From Eledone cirrhosa (taxonomy: Eukaryota): DNA of 64,000 nt. Positions within the stretch are counted from its first letter, which is position 1. Every line of letters starts with the position of its first letter. The notes beneath the pieces were generated by a model, which saw only the letters and a program-made list of their open reading frames with translations, searched no databases and was not told the origin of the DNA. Positions 12,532 to 26,539 of this stretch are shown piece after piece. Made by a program: the position numbers and the translations under genes. The DNA is taken from contig OZ024742.1 of assembly GCA_964016885.1 (NCBI GenBank), positions 266,786,001-266,850,000 of the forward strand, written 5' to 3'.

Positions 12532-12608
<77 letters not shown>

Positions 12609-12612
<4 letters not shown>

Positions 12613-12679
12613 ATAATAATAAATAAAGATCCCGTTAAGGGCGAAAGGAACGATTCTTTGTTTAAACTTTAATCTGTTA

Positions 12680-12688
<9 letters not shown>
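12609..12688. mobile_element. Tiny PLE family B fragment in (TA)n
   Basis: GTAATAATAATAAAT + AAGATCCCGTTAAGGGCGAAAG...CTGTTATTTTAAT, matching 22700-25430. Confidence 0.7.
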
Positions 12689-12754
<66 letters not shown>

Positions 12755-14090
12755 TTTTGTGTTATAGGTTTTTCCTAATTAGTAGCACACCTTAGTGTAA
12801 TATGGGATGAACACTCAACACCATTTACATTTTATCAATTTTGATAAGGGACTGTATGACGGAGTTAAAAAAGACAACACGAAGGCTAGATTTTATAATT
12901 TCTTGAATTACACAATAGCCAATATACGCATTTCTGTTGTGAGATAGATATCATGATGCAATCCATGTCACACCTTTATCATATGGCACGAGGCAGTCGC
13001 TACGTAATCTATATGCAAAGCACAATGTAGCGATACAGAGACAGACCAAAAGTATCTTTAATTTTTTCATAGTAATGATTTCTACAGGACTAGAATTGTT
13101 TTATTCATTAGATATCATAAGGAAACCTACATATAGTCTGCATATAACCAGCTAGTCTGTATATATATTTTCATATATCTTGTACTGTAGATCTTGCATT
13201 GTATATATGTAAAGTTAAAGTAATTTATACAGTGCATGATATACGAACAATATATACAGGTTAGCTGTCTATAACTAGACTGTAAGTTTCATGAGAGAAT
13301 AAGACATGGTTTCGAAGCACATCGCACTGTACCATGCAACTCAGATTCTCCCAAATAACTAGTTAGCCTCAACACAAGCGCATACAGCCATATATATTAA
13401 TGTGTATATATAAATACTCGCATCTACGAATATGCCTATGTAATGTAGGCAAAGTTAAATTGTTTTTCTTTTCACATTGAAGGCAATGTGTTAAAGGGGC
13501 TATATGAACACATATTTAGTTGTTTACAAAGATGACCTTTATTCAATTGGCTTCTAGATATCCTAAACTGATATCAGAGTTTCTTTCAGGAAAATGTTTA
13601 CATGAGATAACCCAGGGAAGCACACACGCACGCACACACATACAGACACACACATACACACACACATACACACACAAACATACACTTAGTTATTCACTCA
13701 TATACACACACATACAAACAAACACATATACAGATACATAGTTCATTTTATGTTTCTGTTCACATGTTTGTTTGTGTGAATTTGATTTACGCATTATTAC
13801 AACGTTAGTAGACCTCATATTTATTACATCTGTATTATGTATAATATTGCGGAAATCCTAGAATATATGGAGAAATCAACATTCGTCTTATCAATATATT
13901 TATTTGCTATCCAATATACTATTTTTTATCTCTATTTCCTCGCTTTTATGTATTTGATTTTAAATCCTTCATCGCCTCTGTCTTATTTCTCTTTCACTCT
14001 CTCTTACTCTCTCTCTGTCTCTCTTTCTTGTAATCTTTCATTCAGTCATTGATTTACTCAGTGTAATTATCTCTCTGTGTATGCACCGCC

Positions 14091-14149
<59 letters not shown>

Positions 14150-14253
14150 TATATATATAAATATACACGTACATACCTATATTTTTCCAATCTATATAAA
14201 TATTTAACTCTATATTTTGCTAGCAATTTAACCCTATAATATATACTAATGTA

Positions 14254-14310
<57 letters not shown>

Positions 14311-14364
14311 ATATATATATATATGCATATGTATATGTATATCTCCAATCTCTTTCTCTCTCAC

Positions 14365-14396
<32 letters not shown>

Positions 14397-14753
14397 TAGA
14401 GATAGAGATAGAGAGAGAGAGTAAGAACAGTGAATAGCAAGTAGAAAGTGCGGTAGTTTACATACATTCTACCTCCAATACAATATTCTCTGGTGACAGT
14501 GGTGGAAACAGTTCTCAGCAGGCAAGTTCACCTAAGTATGTACTGCAGGGGGAAATGTTAAATCATTTCAATGTTGTAAGCAGCAGTTCTATAGTGATGT
14601 TGGCTTGTAGAGCATTAGCTCTCACAACCGATTACAATTCTTCCCATAGTAAAAGCTACTTGGAATAGTCCTACAATATACCATAGCAAATTTAACTTTT
14701 TCTTTTTATTTTCTTTCTTTCGCATTCTCCCCCACTCTCTTTCTTTCTCACTC

Positions 14754-14804
<51 letters not shown>

Positions 14805-14824
14805 ATGTGTGTGTGTGTATATAA

Positions 14825-14882
<58 letters not shown>

Positions 14883-15025
14883 TTATATACACACATATGT
14901 ATGTATGTATGTATATATATATATATATATATACATACATACATACATATATGTATGTGTGTGTGTGTGTATTTGATGTGTTTATATATATATACACACA
15001 CATCAAATACACACACTCACACACA

Positions 15026-15070
<45 letters not shown>

Positions 15071-15792
15071 TTTATATATATATACATAGCCATACTCCTT
15101 GTACCAGTAAAAGCTGCCTGGCATAGACTTTCCAAGCAGAGATTTATATCTGATCTTATTATTGCAGAAACTGGAGATAAGAACTCGTCCTATTGATCAT
15201 TCAAACTTTATAAAGTATTAACTCTTTGTATATTGTATTTTATGTGTGTTTTCTAGCGAATATATGTGTACGCATGGAATTATACAAATAATGTGCACAT
15301 ACGTTTATATATATTGGTCTGCATTGAACTTTATACAGCCGCAGCAACTGAGCATAGCTGAAGAATTTCTGTCTCTGAAGTCGAGGTTTAATTCTATTGG
15401 GATGTAGATTTGTCAATATTACGTATTTCTGGACGCCATAAAAGATCATCGGAGATTGTGAGACATAGCATGCACTAATACTACCAGATGATTTCATATA
15501 AACACTCTAATGTTGGCGTTAAAACACACGCCAATATACGTGTAAAAGTGAATAGATTTGTGTATGTAGTATCTATCTTTGGATGTCGATATGTGCCAAT
15601 GCTTGCAAGTATACTTGTCTATATATTAAAGTATTATATGCGTGTACTTTCTGTCTGTTTACATACACGTATACACATATATGCGCGTGTGGACGTTTGT
15701 ATGTACATACATATACGTTTGTATCTGTGCACACACACACACACGCAAACACAAACACACGCAAACACAAACACACACACACACATCCACAT

Positions 15793-15855
<63 letters not shown>

Positions 15856-16154
15856 CATATATATATAGGAATTCATACTCATAATATGTATCAATGCTCT
15901 GTGTATTTGTGGGCATGCTCTGTAGATGTTGGTTGATGCTTGAAGGTGTGTGTGTATGTGTCACTGACAAAGACTTGCTTTATATAACCTCGTAAAGGTG
16001 TTTCTATGTATACTTTGCTTAATATTGTGTAAGCAAGAATTTAATTGACACTGGAATGTATTAAAGGTAGAGAGCGAGAGAGAAAGAGAAAGAAATAGAT
16101 AGATGGATAGAGAAAGAGAGAGAACGAGATAGAGAGAGAGAGAGTGAGAGAGAG

Positions 16155-16228
<74 letters not shown>

Positions 16229-16391
16229 TGAGAGAGAGAGGGAGAGGAAGTGGTTCGGTAATTAAACCAGTGTTGTACAAGACATTTGTTGCTGTTGATG
16301 TTGTTGATGTTGTTCATGTTGTTCATGTTTCTTTCGTCTCTCTCCATGTTGATACAGTGGTCTTTAATTACATCATTCGTTTATTTAACAG

Positions 16392-16596
16392 TTAACTTTG
16401 ATTAGTGACCACCCGCTGGTGCGTTACGAAGGAGCCAAATTCAAGGAAGAACACTACATTCCGATCACAGTACCATCACCGGATACAATTACGAACAAGC
16501 GCACCTGTTCACCCTGCTTTCTGAGTATGATAATTACACTTGTTGCTGTTGTCACGGTAACGGCCATCGCTTTGAGTGTCTTTTTAACAATTTCAC
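16392..16596 (+). CDS. Internal exon of host gene encoding cytoplasmic tail + single TM helix (type II membrane protein, family unknown)
   Basis: ttatttaacag| acceptor, TCAC|gtaggt donor, open frame LTLISDHPLVRYE...KRTCSPCFLSMIITLVAVVTVTAIALSVFLTIS; higher GC than flanks. Confidence 0.7.
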
Positions 16597-16644
16597 GTAG
16601 GTTACTGTTCAATATATATTTATTTCATTTGACATTACATTTTT

Positions 16645-16950
16645 AATTTAGTGTCCATTTACTGTATATTTCATTTAGAATATGTCATTTAGACTATGTC
16701 TTTTACTGTATGTGTCATTTAGCGGATATGTAATTTAGGCTATATATTTTTGTGTGCATATGTTATTTAGTGTATATATCATTTAGTGTATGTGTGATTT
16801 AGTGTATGTCATTTAGTGTATATGTCATATAGCGTATGCATCATTTCATGTGTATGTCATTGAATGTATAAGTCATTCAATGTTTGAGTCATTTAGTGTA
16901 TATGTAATTCAGTGTATTTGTCATTTAGTGTATGCGTCATTTGGTGTATT
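16645..16950. repeat. Degenerate ~16-bp minisatellite (CATTTAGTGTATATGT)n
   Basis: Repeated TCATTTAGTGTATATG variants. Confidence 0.8.
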
Positions 16951-17039
16951 TGGGCCATTTTTATTTTGTTCGTTTGCTTTGATGTTTTATCTCTTATCGT
17001 TGCAGAGGTTTATATATTGGGGAAAAAACAGAGCGTGGG

Positions 17040-17310
17040 AGAATTAGTGGTGGGCTGCATCGCCAAATATCGTACGAAATAATAGAAGAGGTTTCAAATT
17101 AAAAAGCTGGAGTTATATATATTTTCCAATTCCAACCCACCCGTCCCCTCAATCTATCTTATTTCCCATTCTTTCTTCTAATGAAGGACTAGCGTCCGAA
17201 ACGTTAAGACCCTCTTCCTGCTATATCAAGCGTTAACCTAATATATCCATTCCATATACTGTACCGATTGTGTTGCTATTTCTGTTGACCTTTCACCCCC
17301 CCCCCCACAT
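17040..17310 (+). mobile_element. Old PLE 3'-end remnant containing a mutated hammerhead (17174-17209)
   Basis: TCTT-CTAATGA-AGGAC tagc GTCC-GAAA-CG-TT-AAGA; core CTGATGA carries a G>A change. Confidence 0.6.
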
Positions 17311-18901
17311 ATATATATATATTTATATACACAATACACACAGACACACACACACATATGTATAAATATGCAGAAAACAACGTATATTAGGATAAATTAA
17401 ATGTAAACTTACTTCGTCTTGCATATTTATTGAAACCGCGCGTATCTGGGACAGATACAACAAGACACAACTTTGATTCATATATACCGCATAATACTAG
17501 TCATCTTCTAGGCCATAAGAAGAACTCTTTCAGCATCCGTTTCCCGAATTTACCACATTTTATTGAGAGTACATCTTGTTATTATCTTCAAAGCCCTCTG
17601 AGTGAAGGGCTGGATATATAGTTGTGACTTTCCTATCGACGAAGACGACAGAAAACAATGCTTCTGGTCATTTGTCCCATCAGACACAGACATGTCTACG
17701 GATATGCTTTGCACTCCATACCGTATATGTTGCACTGAATGCAATAAATTCTGCATGGAGAGCACGATCCAATCTATATGCATCAAAGAACATCTAAACA
17801 CATTTGCATGATTAAAAATGCAAAAAAAAAATAAAAATAATAATAATAAGGCTATTACAATCCCCATCAACGCTATGGACCGTAATATCGGTAACTTATG
17901 CAGAAAAGAAAATATTCTCTTAAAAAACACTATCTCACTATTACCAATCGATTGGAATTAAACAAACTGAGAATGAATAATTCCTCTCACCATCTGCCTT
18001 CTTATCTCTGTTTCGTTTTCTCTTAACTCTTTATTGTTTTTATGCATCACATTACCACACATGATCAATTTACTCATAGGCATAATATTACTAACTGCTA
18101 CTGACGTTCCCGGGTGGGAGTACATGTGGTCCATTTAATTCATAATTCAACATGCCACCATAATTAAAAACAATAGCCTTCCACGTTCTTTTGTTCTTTA
18201 ATCCTATATCCATACAGACACATACATGCACACATCCTATATCCATACACACACATACATGCACACACATTTGCACACACACACACGCATATACATACGG
18301 AATATTATCCATGTATACGTACATTTCTGCAACATCATGAATATTGAAGAGATATTTAACGCATATATGTTTATATGTCTTACTATGAAAAAGAACAATT
18401 GTAAGCACTTTCTTTTATTATTTTCGTACACAGAAAACATCAGTTAATCAGATATTGCCTTCTCATGTTTTACAGGTAATTGAGTGTTAATTAGAAGACA
18501 ACTATCTATAACAAAAACATGTTTTGCAAATTAAATTGTCCATTGCAGATTTGTCCTTGTTTTTACTTGACATAAATAGTAGCCTGCTATAAGTTCTTTT
18601 CGTAGACAGAATGATAATTATAATTGTCTTCCGATCAACAGCCAGCTAACTGTTAAACATGAAATTTATTAAAGTTTTCTATGTTCTAAGAGAATAATAG
18701 AATGTCTTTGTATTTGGTCTTTTACACAATGATGTTTATGATTAAAATTTCCAAACATACCTCTCTTTTTTAAACCGTCGGCACAAAACCTCGATTCTCC
18801 ATGTAATTACAAGAAACTGGTAATTTCCTCCCCACAGCAATATATCAATAATTATTTGTAAATTGCATAATTATATGTTTTTCTGTTCCATATTTTCACA
18901 G

Positions 18902-18922
18902 ATCACAAGAAACATTACAATG
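18902..18922 (+). CDS. 21-nt micro-exon of host gene (H-HKKHYN-)
   Basis: Polypyrimidine tract + cacag| acceptor, TG|gtgagt donor; phase 1-1, continues the frame of exon 16392-16596. Confidence 0.6.
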
Positions 18923-19186
18923 GTGAGTATGTTAATTTTTGTTTTTAACATTTAATCATTTTAATAATCTCTGTTTTCAAGACAAACATTTCAAAAGTAT
19001 AATTCAAAGACAATAGCAGTTAGCTTACCAACATTTTGTACTCTAATATTTGTTTAATTCAATATTATTCTACTTGATGGATACTAATCTTTGATTCTGT
19101 GGGTGCATACATGACCTTGTTGTTAATAGGTTTGCTTTGTAAATACGAAGTTTCGGGTTTGATCCCACCACACAGCACATCTAAAG

Positions 19187-19450
19187 GCACGTGACCTAGT
19201 GGTAAGGGTGTTGGATCTATTATGATAATGTCGTGGGTTCGATTCCTTGACTAGGTTCTGTGTTGTTTTCTTGATCAAAACACTTTATTTCACGTTGCTC
19301 CAATATACTCAGCTGAAAATGAGTACTAGCAATAGCTGGGGGTTTAACACTGCGATGGACTAGCGTCCTGTTCGTGGAGGAGTCTTGTCTCACTCGCTTC
19401 ACCCCACAAAAACCGGGATAAGCACTCACCCGATGATGAGTCTCTGGGCT
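19187..19450 (+). mobile_element. tRNA-derived CORE-type SINE (SINE-2), decayed
   Basis: tRNA-like head with GGTTCGATTCC; CORE-like TTCTTGATCAAAACACTTTATTTCACGTTGCTCC; V-domain-like CTGCGATGGACTAGCGTCCTGT. Confidence 0.75.
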
Positions 19451-20406
19451 CTAGATAGACTTTAGGCTAGACAGTACATTGGAAAAGTGTCCGTTTGAAG
19501 AAAGGCAATTTAATAAAAGAATATCACGTGGAATCCCGCCGAAACGACTGTTTTTATTCTTGCCAGATAGACCTAATATGTCATCCTGATTAGCTAGCAC
19601 CACTAGCAAACTTTTGAGCGTTTTTGCTCGAGTTTTATGTTTTAGGCCAGACCTACACCGGTTTCGGGACAACCTCTTCGCTTCCTCTCATCACTCATGG
19701 AAATCTGGAGAATGTTATATGCCATACTTTTCCTTCTCTGTCTAAGTTACCTAAAGTAAAAGACAGTTCAGTTCCATTCAAGTATCCCGAGCTAATATGT
19801 AGAAAACTGAACCGAAAACTTCTTTTTCGAAGAAATATAAGATATATTATAAGTATATTGCTTACAGCTAGCAGTGATCGTGGCTGATCAAGGATATCTT
19901 ATGAACACCGACATTCCACCGGCGTCATCCCGTCCCTTTGTATATGAAGGAATACATTGTTAAATTAGATGTCTTTTACCAAATAGAAAGATATTATTTG
20001 AGAGACATTTGGTTGCTATTTCTAGTAGAGGAAGCAACTGCATAAAGGCTCTCGCTAGGCATTCTAATGTAGTTTAATGTAAGACAATATTTTATTGTTA
20101 TTTATTATTTCATATTTTCCCAATGATTTAGCATATCAAAGACTCTCTTAGACAACAGATTAGCTGAGTTGTTATAGCATAGGGAAAATACCGTGTAGAG
20201 TTTGCTCCGGCTTTCTGTCTTTTGGTTTCAAACCCCACCGAAGTTAATTTTGCTTTCCTTTGTTCCAGGGCGGCGGATTAATAAAATTGTTAAAGTCACG
20301 GATGATAACCGTCGCAGTATTTCTGGTTATTTGCATATTGATTCCAACCCTCCACTTTACTTCGCTATGTATAAAAACAACACTTGAGACCATTTGTTGC
20401 TTTTAG

Positions 20407-20453
20407 TGGACTATGTTCTGCTGCAAGCTCTCGGACCAGATTTCTGGTTTGAA
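20407..20453 (+). CDS. Speculative host exon (V-DYVLLQALGPDFWFE)
   Basis: tgcttttag| acceptor, GAA|gtaaat donor, phase 1 to 0 fits the micro-exon upstream. Confidence 0.25.
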
Positions 20454-22226
20454 GTAAATTCCCTCTCATTAATCTTAAAGGCTATCAAAAGAGTCATGAT
20501 AACTTTGCTTCTATCTCTAAACAGTTAGAAATGCAAAACAATTCTTCTCCTCTCAACTCCTTGGATAGGTAGCTAGTCGATAAGACGCAGCATTTTACAC
20601 GGGATAAATGTATCTCTTGAAGCCTTTCAGTCAGAAGTTGCACTAGTATACCACTCCTACTACCCACGAAAGCCTAAAAATGATTATCGGCACTGCTCTC
20701 CCTTCCTTGATTAAACTCTGAAAAATAAATCTGTACTGATATCACATGAATATATTAGTATTTGAATCTCAATTCCAGAAACGAGTTTCAACATGACTTT
20801 AACTGTGGAAAACCGGAAGTTTATACCGGAAATGACGAATTTGTCATCCGAACTGGCCCAACTGTTTTCCTTTGAAATATGCAGTGCGGTAAGTTCTTTT
20901 CTTGTCACCATAAAATACCAATGTACAATATATCTAATTACGTAGCCATAAAGGTAATACAGACAGAAAAAAAAACTAATGTCGGATACCCCCCCCCCCC
21001 CCCATTTTTATTTTTGTTTATATATAAAGCATATAGTTTGGAGGACCTGATCATCACTTTTGAGGTACCATATATATGAAATATATAGGAACATGATCTC
21101 CTGATCATAATGATTTCACCTCTCTTATTTGTTATACTTCGCTTCCAATCTAGCCTACTCCCACCACACTCCAGAATAGTAGTGTTCTCACTGTTTTGGT
21201 AATTTGTGTGTTAGAGGCGAAATTCTTTCCACACGTAACATATATTGGACATAATGGATTTCTATGTGGAAGTTTAATTAACTAAAATCTTTGGATATTT
21301 AATTAAATTAAATTAATTGATATTTCTTGACTTACTGTAGTCATAGTTTTCCTCGCTACAGGTAAACCTGTGTATTTTTCATCAGTCATTGTTTTAAGCT
21401 ATAAAGCCATTCAATGGTCATTCAAAAACATTCGATATGCTTCTATAGAACTGGTAGTAAATAATTAGTTCATGCTTCACAGGTGAAGCCAGATAAAATG
21501 TAGCATGTCAGAGACTATCATCCTATTACTAATGATCAGAGACATTCCAAATGCGTTCAGGTTTAAATTTATTCTAATGAATTGAAATTTGAATGTTTTC
21601 TTTTCTGTGTTAATTAACCATAATTAATCATTAAGATAATGATTAATTCTTCTCACTTTGGGTGTGATTTTAATTATATTAAATGTATTGACTCATTAAT
21701 TTAAATATGTTAGCACTCACCTTATAAATGTCCATTGTAGACTTAGCGAAAACAGTTACGAACATCTAATAATATATTCTGTTCAAAACAGCTCATATGA
21801 AAAAATCTAGTCCAAAGTAAAACAACTTAATAGTCAAGGATGAAAGACAAAGCTGGGGAAATGTATCATGCTACTCATTGAAATCAATAACAAAATGAGA
21901 CAACCGGAAAAAAAAGCAAATACTACAGAATAATAAGTGTGTGTATGAGAAATATGATATGATTGTTATAATAATATACGAGTCAAACTATGAATGTATA
22001 TAACTGTTATATCACAGTTATCTCAGCAGCGTGTAAACATGTCAGACAGCTGTTTCTGAATTTCTATCCATTTGCGCATGAAATATCAGCTGGAGATGAT
22101 ATTTTGCATCAAATTTATGAAATATATTTTACCAGTTTCGCCTGATTACGACATCTTATCAAATAGTAATTCATTTAGGTCAATTAATTGTTCTATTTTG
22201 TAAGCTATTAAACACACATACACGTC

Positions 22227-22345
22227 AGCGTGTGACTGGGTGGTTAGAGAATTGGATTCACAATCTTGAGGTTGTGAGTTCGATTCCTGGACCGGGCGAT
22301 GCGTTATGTCCTTGAGCAAGGCACTTTATTTCACGTTGCTCCTTC
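22227..22345 (+). mobile_element. SINE-2 5' part
   Basis: GTGGTTAG...GAGTTCGATTCC...GTCCTTGAGCAAGGCACTTTATTTCACGTTGCTCC. Confidence 0.75.
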
Positions 22346-22453
22346 TACCTGGAGTTGCGACCGATAGATAGTATTAGCAACTGGAAAGACCTGGAACATT
22401 GTATCCTCGGTCCGATTTGACGAAAGTCGATCGTTCCAAAAATATATATATAG

Positions 22454-22641
22454 TAATTGTTTCTACTTTTGGCACAAGGCCAGCAATTACCCAGTGTATT
22501 ACTGGTACTTTATTTTATCGACCCCGTAAGGATGAAAGGCAAAGTTAACCTCGGCGGGATTTGAACTCAGAATGGCAAGGGCCGTAACTCTATGCGTCAA
22601 AGCATGGCGTCCGACCCTCTACCGATACTGCCAATCCACCG
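22454..22641 (-). mobile_element. SINE-1 copy
   Basis: Full-length reverse complement match. Confidence 0.9.
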
Positions 22642-22903
22642 ATTGTAATAGTGATAAATTTGATAGTAAATTTGATAGTAAATTTGATAGTAATACTGAT
22701 AAATTTGAAGACTAAAATCCAAAGAGGGCTCGATAAGGATAAATATATATCAAATATATAAGAACCGTAGAGCAAATATTTATTAAAATAACAGATTAAA
22801 GTTTAAGCAAAGAATCACTGCTTTCACAGATTAATTTTTTTAGTTTCAGAAGATCCCGTTATGGGTGAAAGCACCTATTCTTTCCTTTAACTTTAATCTG
22901 TTA

Positions 22904-23002
<99 letters not shown>

Positions 23003-23109
23003 ATATTAATAAATGTGAAGACTAAAATCCGAAGAGGGCTCGATAAGGATAAATATATATTAAATATATAAGAACCCTAGAGCAAATATTTATCAAAATA
23101 ACGGATTAA

Positions 23110-23160
23110 AGTTTAAGCAAAGAATCGCTGCTTTCACCCTTAACGGGATCTTCTGAAACT
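23110..23160 (-). ncRNA. Hammerhead-like motif with non-canonical CAGAAGA core (family B)
   Basis: AGTTT-CAGAAGA-TCCC gttaa GGGT-GAAA-GCA gcgattctt TGC-TT-AAACT; also at ~22842(+), 24106-24156(+), ~24860-24910(-). Confidence 0.55.
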
Positions 23161-23675
23161 AGAAAAATAAATCTGTGAACGCAGAAGTAAATATTTCGAA
23201 AAACGTTGCAACCGAAGGAAAACATGAAGACGTTACTTTGGTTCGTGGAGATGTTCCCTGGCAATGAACGAAAAAAAGCGAGGATGATACGTTGTTATGT
23301 GGAACACAGAGAACAAATACATGCAAAGACAAAACCACGTTTATAGTATATATGCAGTCATTAGACTAATATTCTAGGAAACCGAATGATTCTCGGCTTC
23401 GGAGTTAAGAATAATGTAAATAAATTAGTAGAACGAAATGACAGAGGTTATTAAAGTAATAATAATTAAATATATACATACACACATTTGGCGTATACGT
23501 TCGTATGTGGGCGCGTGTTCATGTGGGCGTGCATGAATTTGCATGCATGGCATGTGTTTTCGCGTATGCACGTGTATGTACGTATATAGATGTGTGTATG
23601 TATATATTTAATTATTATTACTTTAATAACCTCTATCATTTTCGTTCTACTAATTTATTTACATTATTCTTAACT

Positions 23676-23850
23676 GGCAGTGGATTGGCAGTATCAGTAT
23701 AGTGTCGGATGCCATGCTTTACAGCAAAGAGTTACGGCCCTTCGTGTTCTGACTTCAAATCCCTATCTTTCATCCTTATGAGGTCGATAAAATAAAGTAC
23801 CAGTAATACACTGGGATAATTGCTGGCCTTGTGCCAAAAGTAGAAACAAT
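23676..23850 (+). mobile_element. SINE-1 copy inserted in family B
   Basis: 13-bp TSD ATTATTCTTAA(C/T)T. Confidence 0.9.
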
Positions 23851-24166
23851 TATTCTTAATTCCGAAGCCGAGAATCATTCGGTTTCCTAAATAGAATATT
23901 AGTCTAATGACTCCATTTATACCATAAATGTGGTTTTATCTTTGCGTGTATTTGTTCTTCACGATCCACATAACGACGTATTATCCTCGCATTTTTCCGT
24001 TCATTACAAGGAACGTCTTCACAAACCAAAGTATCGTCTTCCTTGATTCCTTCGGCTGCAACGTTTTTCGAAACATATACTTCTGCGTTCACAGATTGAT
24101 TTTTTAGTTTCAGAAGATCCCGTTAAGGGTGAAAGAAGCGATTCTTTGCTTAAACTTTAATCTGTT

Positions 24167-24330
24167 GCACGGTCGGGTCGTCGACGACTAAACCGGCAAC
24201 CGCACCAATCTTACTTGGTGAGGAGGGGGATTTTGGACACCCTGCAGGACAAAAAACAAAACCTGACAAAGGGCGGAAAAACTTATAAGAGTCAACGGTC
24301 ATCCCAAAGTGTGTAAATATGTATATACAC
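24167..24330. repeat. Family E copy, inverted + direct pieces
   Basis: 24167-24258 is the reverse complement of ~9417-9507; 24261-24330 matches ~9551-9620. Confidence 0.7.
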
Positions 24331-24384
24331 ATGTACATATGTATCTATATGTATATATATATGGGTGCATGTGTATGTATATTC

Positions 24385-24722
24385 ACGGGGAGATAGAAAT
24401 AGTCGGGCTGGATACCCAATCGCGCGGTTAAACCACTGGGAGTAAAGGGACCCTAGCCTTTGTCAGGGCATTCTTCTAGGAGAAGGCAACTCGGGAAAGT
24501 GGGATAACTCCGATATAAAACCTGCGGCTCAGTAGTTACCGATGATGTTGATCTTTTCTTCTTTTTGGGTTATAGCTACTGTCGCTCAGAGAGTGGGATT
24601 GACTCAATGCACAGTCTTTCCTCACTTTAAAAAAATATCTTCACGCACAGGCATTGCACGATAGATTAATTAATAATGGTATATCGTGCAATGGCCATAC
24701 TCGATAACGAGGGGGCAGCCAT
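24385..24722 (+). mobile_element. Probable non-autonomous bipartite RTE-derived element
   Basis: RTE-UTR-like CTAGGAGAAGGCAACTC..AAAACC; GAGTGGGATTG shared with 10106-10116; tail CATACTCGATAACGAGGGGGCAGCC resembles the tail at 10960-10985. Confidence 0.5.
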
Positions 24723-25168
24723 CATATATATATATATATATATATAGTAATAATAATAATAAATTTGAAGACTAAAATCCAAAGACGGCTCGATAAGGAT
24801 AAATATATATCAAATATATAAGAACCCTAGAGCAAATATTTATTATAATAACAGATTAAAGTTTAAGCAAAGAATCGCTACGTTCACCCTTAACGGGATC
24901 TTCTGAAACTAAAAAAATCAATCTGTGAACGCAGAAATAAATATTTCGAAAAACGTTGCAACCGAAGGAAAAGGGGAAGACGATACTTTGGTTCGTGAAG
25001 ACGTTCCCTGGCAATGAACGGAAAAAAGTGAAGATAAAAAGTCATTATGTGGAGTGATGAGAACAATTACACGCAAAGACAAAACCACGTTTATGGTATA
25101 AATGAAGTCGTAGACTAATATTCTATTTAGGAAACAGAATGATTCTCGGCTTCAGAGTTAAGAATAAT

Positions 25169-25354
25169 TGTTTCTACGTTTGGCACAAGGCCACCAATTA
25201 CCCAGTGCATTACTGGTACTTTATTTTATCGACCCCGTAAGGATGAAAGGCAAAGTTAACCTCGGTGGGATTTGAACTCAGAATGGCAAGGGCCGTAACT
25301 CTATACGTCAAAGCATGGCGTCCGACCCTCTACCGATACTGCCAATCCATTGCC
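25169..25354 (-). mobile_element. SINE-1 copy inserted in family B
   Basis: 19-bp TSD CTTCAGAGTTAAGAATAAT. Confidence 0.9.
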
Positions 25355-26373
25355 CTTCAGAGTTAAGAATAATGTAAATAAATTAGTAGAACGAAAATGA
25401 GAGAGGTTATTGAAATCAACAATAATTAAATATATTCATACACGCATCCACGCATGTGTGTATAGATATGATTATATAAACGTATATAAATATACATACA
25501 TAAATACGTATATAACGCACCCACACACATACCTACAGGTAAATACACAAACGACGTCAACCTAAACACAAAGTAGACGTATACACACCTTACATACGTG
25601 CAAACACGCATACACATATACACATAACCATATACACAAGTACCAGTATATAATATAATATATACACCTATAACAAATACAAGCAAATATACGTACGAGA
25701 AAGTATACGTACCTTCACAAAACATACGGTTAAGGCATACTTACCTATACAAATAAGTAATGGTATAAACATAAAATACACTTATCTACCACATCAAGAC
25801 CTAAATTATCCGCCTATTGTTCTTACTATCCGTTAGGGTATAATGTGGGGCTGTAATACAGGAACATTTTATGCAATTTATGTTTACAAGCCGAAATTGC
25901 CTCAGACGTTTTGTTTAAGATGTGGTCATTGGCGTAGAGTATTTCCAGGGCTTCAGCGGCGCAAAGATCGCATGGGCTTTTACGAATTTTGCCTCTGGGA
26001 TGATATGCGTAAAGGGTTCCTTTATTTTAAGGTACTCTAATGTGATGCTCCCTATAGTCAATTCTGAGCTTTATTTGAGATAGATCAATATTTATATTTA
26101 TAAGCAGATGTATTCTTATACCTCCAAACATTTTTCTTAAAGAATAAACGTATCAGGAATGTGCAGCCTGACTTTTCTGTCGTACGGACGGACTTTCCCT
26201 TTAGCAACATCTTTAAGGACAATAATTTTTCTTTGATAAATCTTATAAGTGCATCTCTACTGTAGAATATATACACACATATATATGTCTATCTACTGTA
26301 TTGTAACTGTAAACACCGTGTAAGAATTAAATTTTGTTTTTAAAAGTCTTGCTTCCTCCTCCATATATTTTTG

Positions 26374-26450
<77 letters not shown>

Positions 26451-26539
26451 GTGTGTGTGTGTATGTATATATATATGTTTATGTGCGTGTGTATGTATCT
26501 GTGTGTGTGTGTGTATGTGTTTGTGTGAGAGAGAAAGAA

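Larger units (their letters stand above)
11041..12535. mobile_element. PLE family A inverted insertion (minus-strand 3' end 11041-11665 + plus-strand EN/3' UTR 11689-12535)
   Basis: ~300-bp inverted arms (~11365-11665 vs ~12228-12535), A-run at the junction, (TA)n flanks. Confidence 0.9.
22690..25430. mobile_element. Cluster of PLE-type family B terminal repeats in alternating orientation
   Basis: Copies ~22690-22830(-), 22826-22910(+), 23000-23480(-), 23596-24165(+), 24745-25430(-); the outer ends of the units mostly abut TA-rich tracts; hammerhead-like motif in four copies. Confidence 0.8.

Noticed and set aside
16645-16950. CRISPR-like periodic repeat
   Set aside because: Tandem degenerate 16-mer without unique spacers; eukaryotic context
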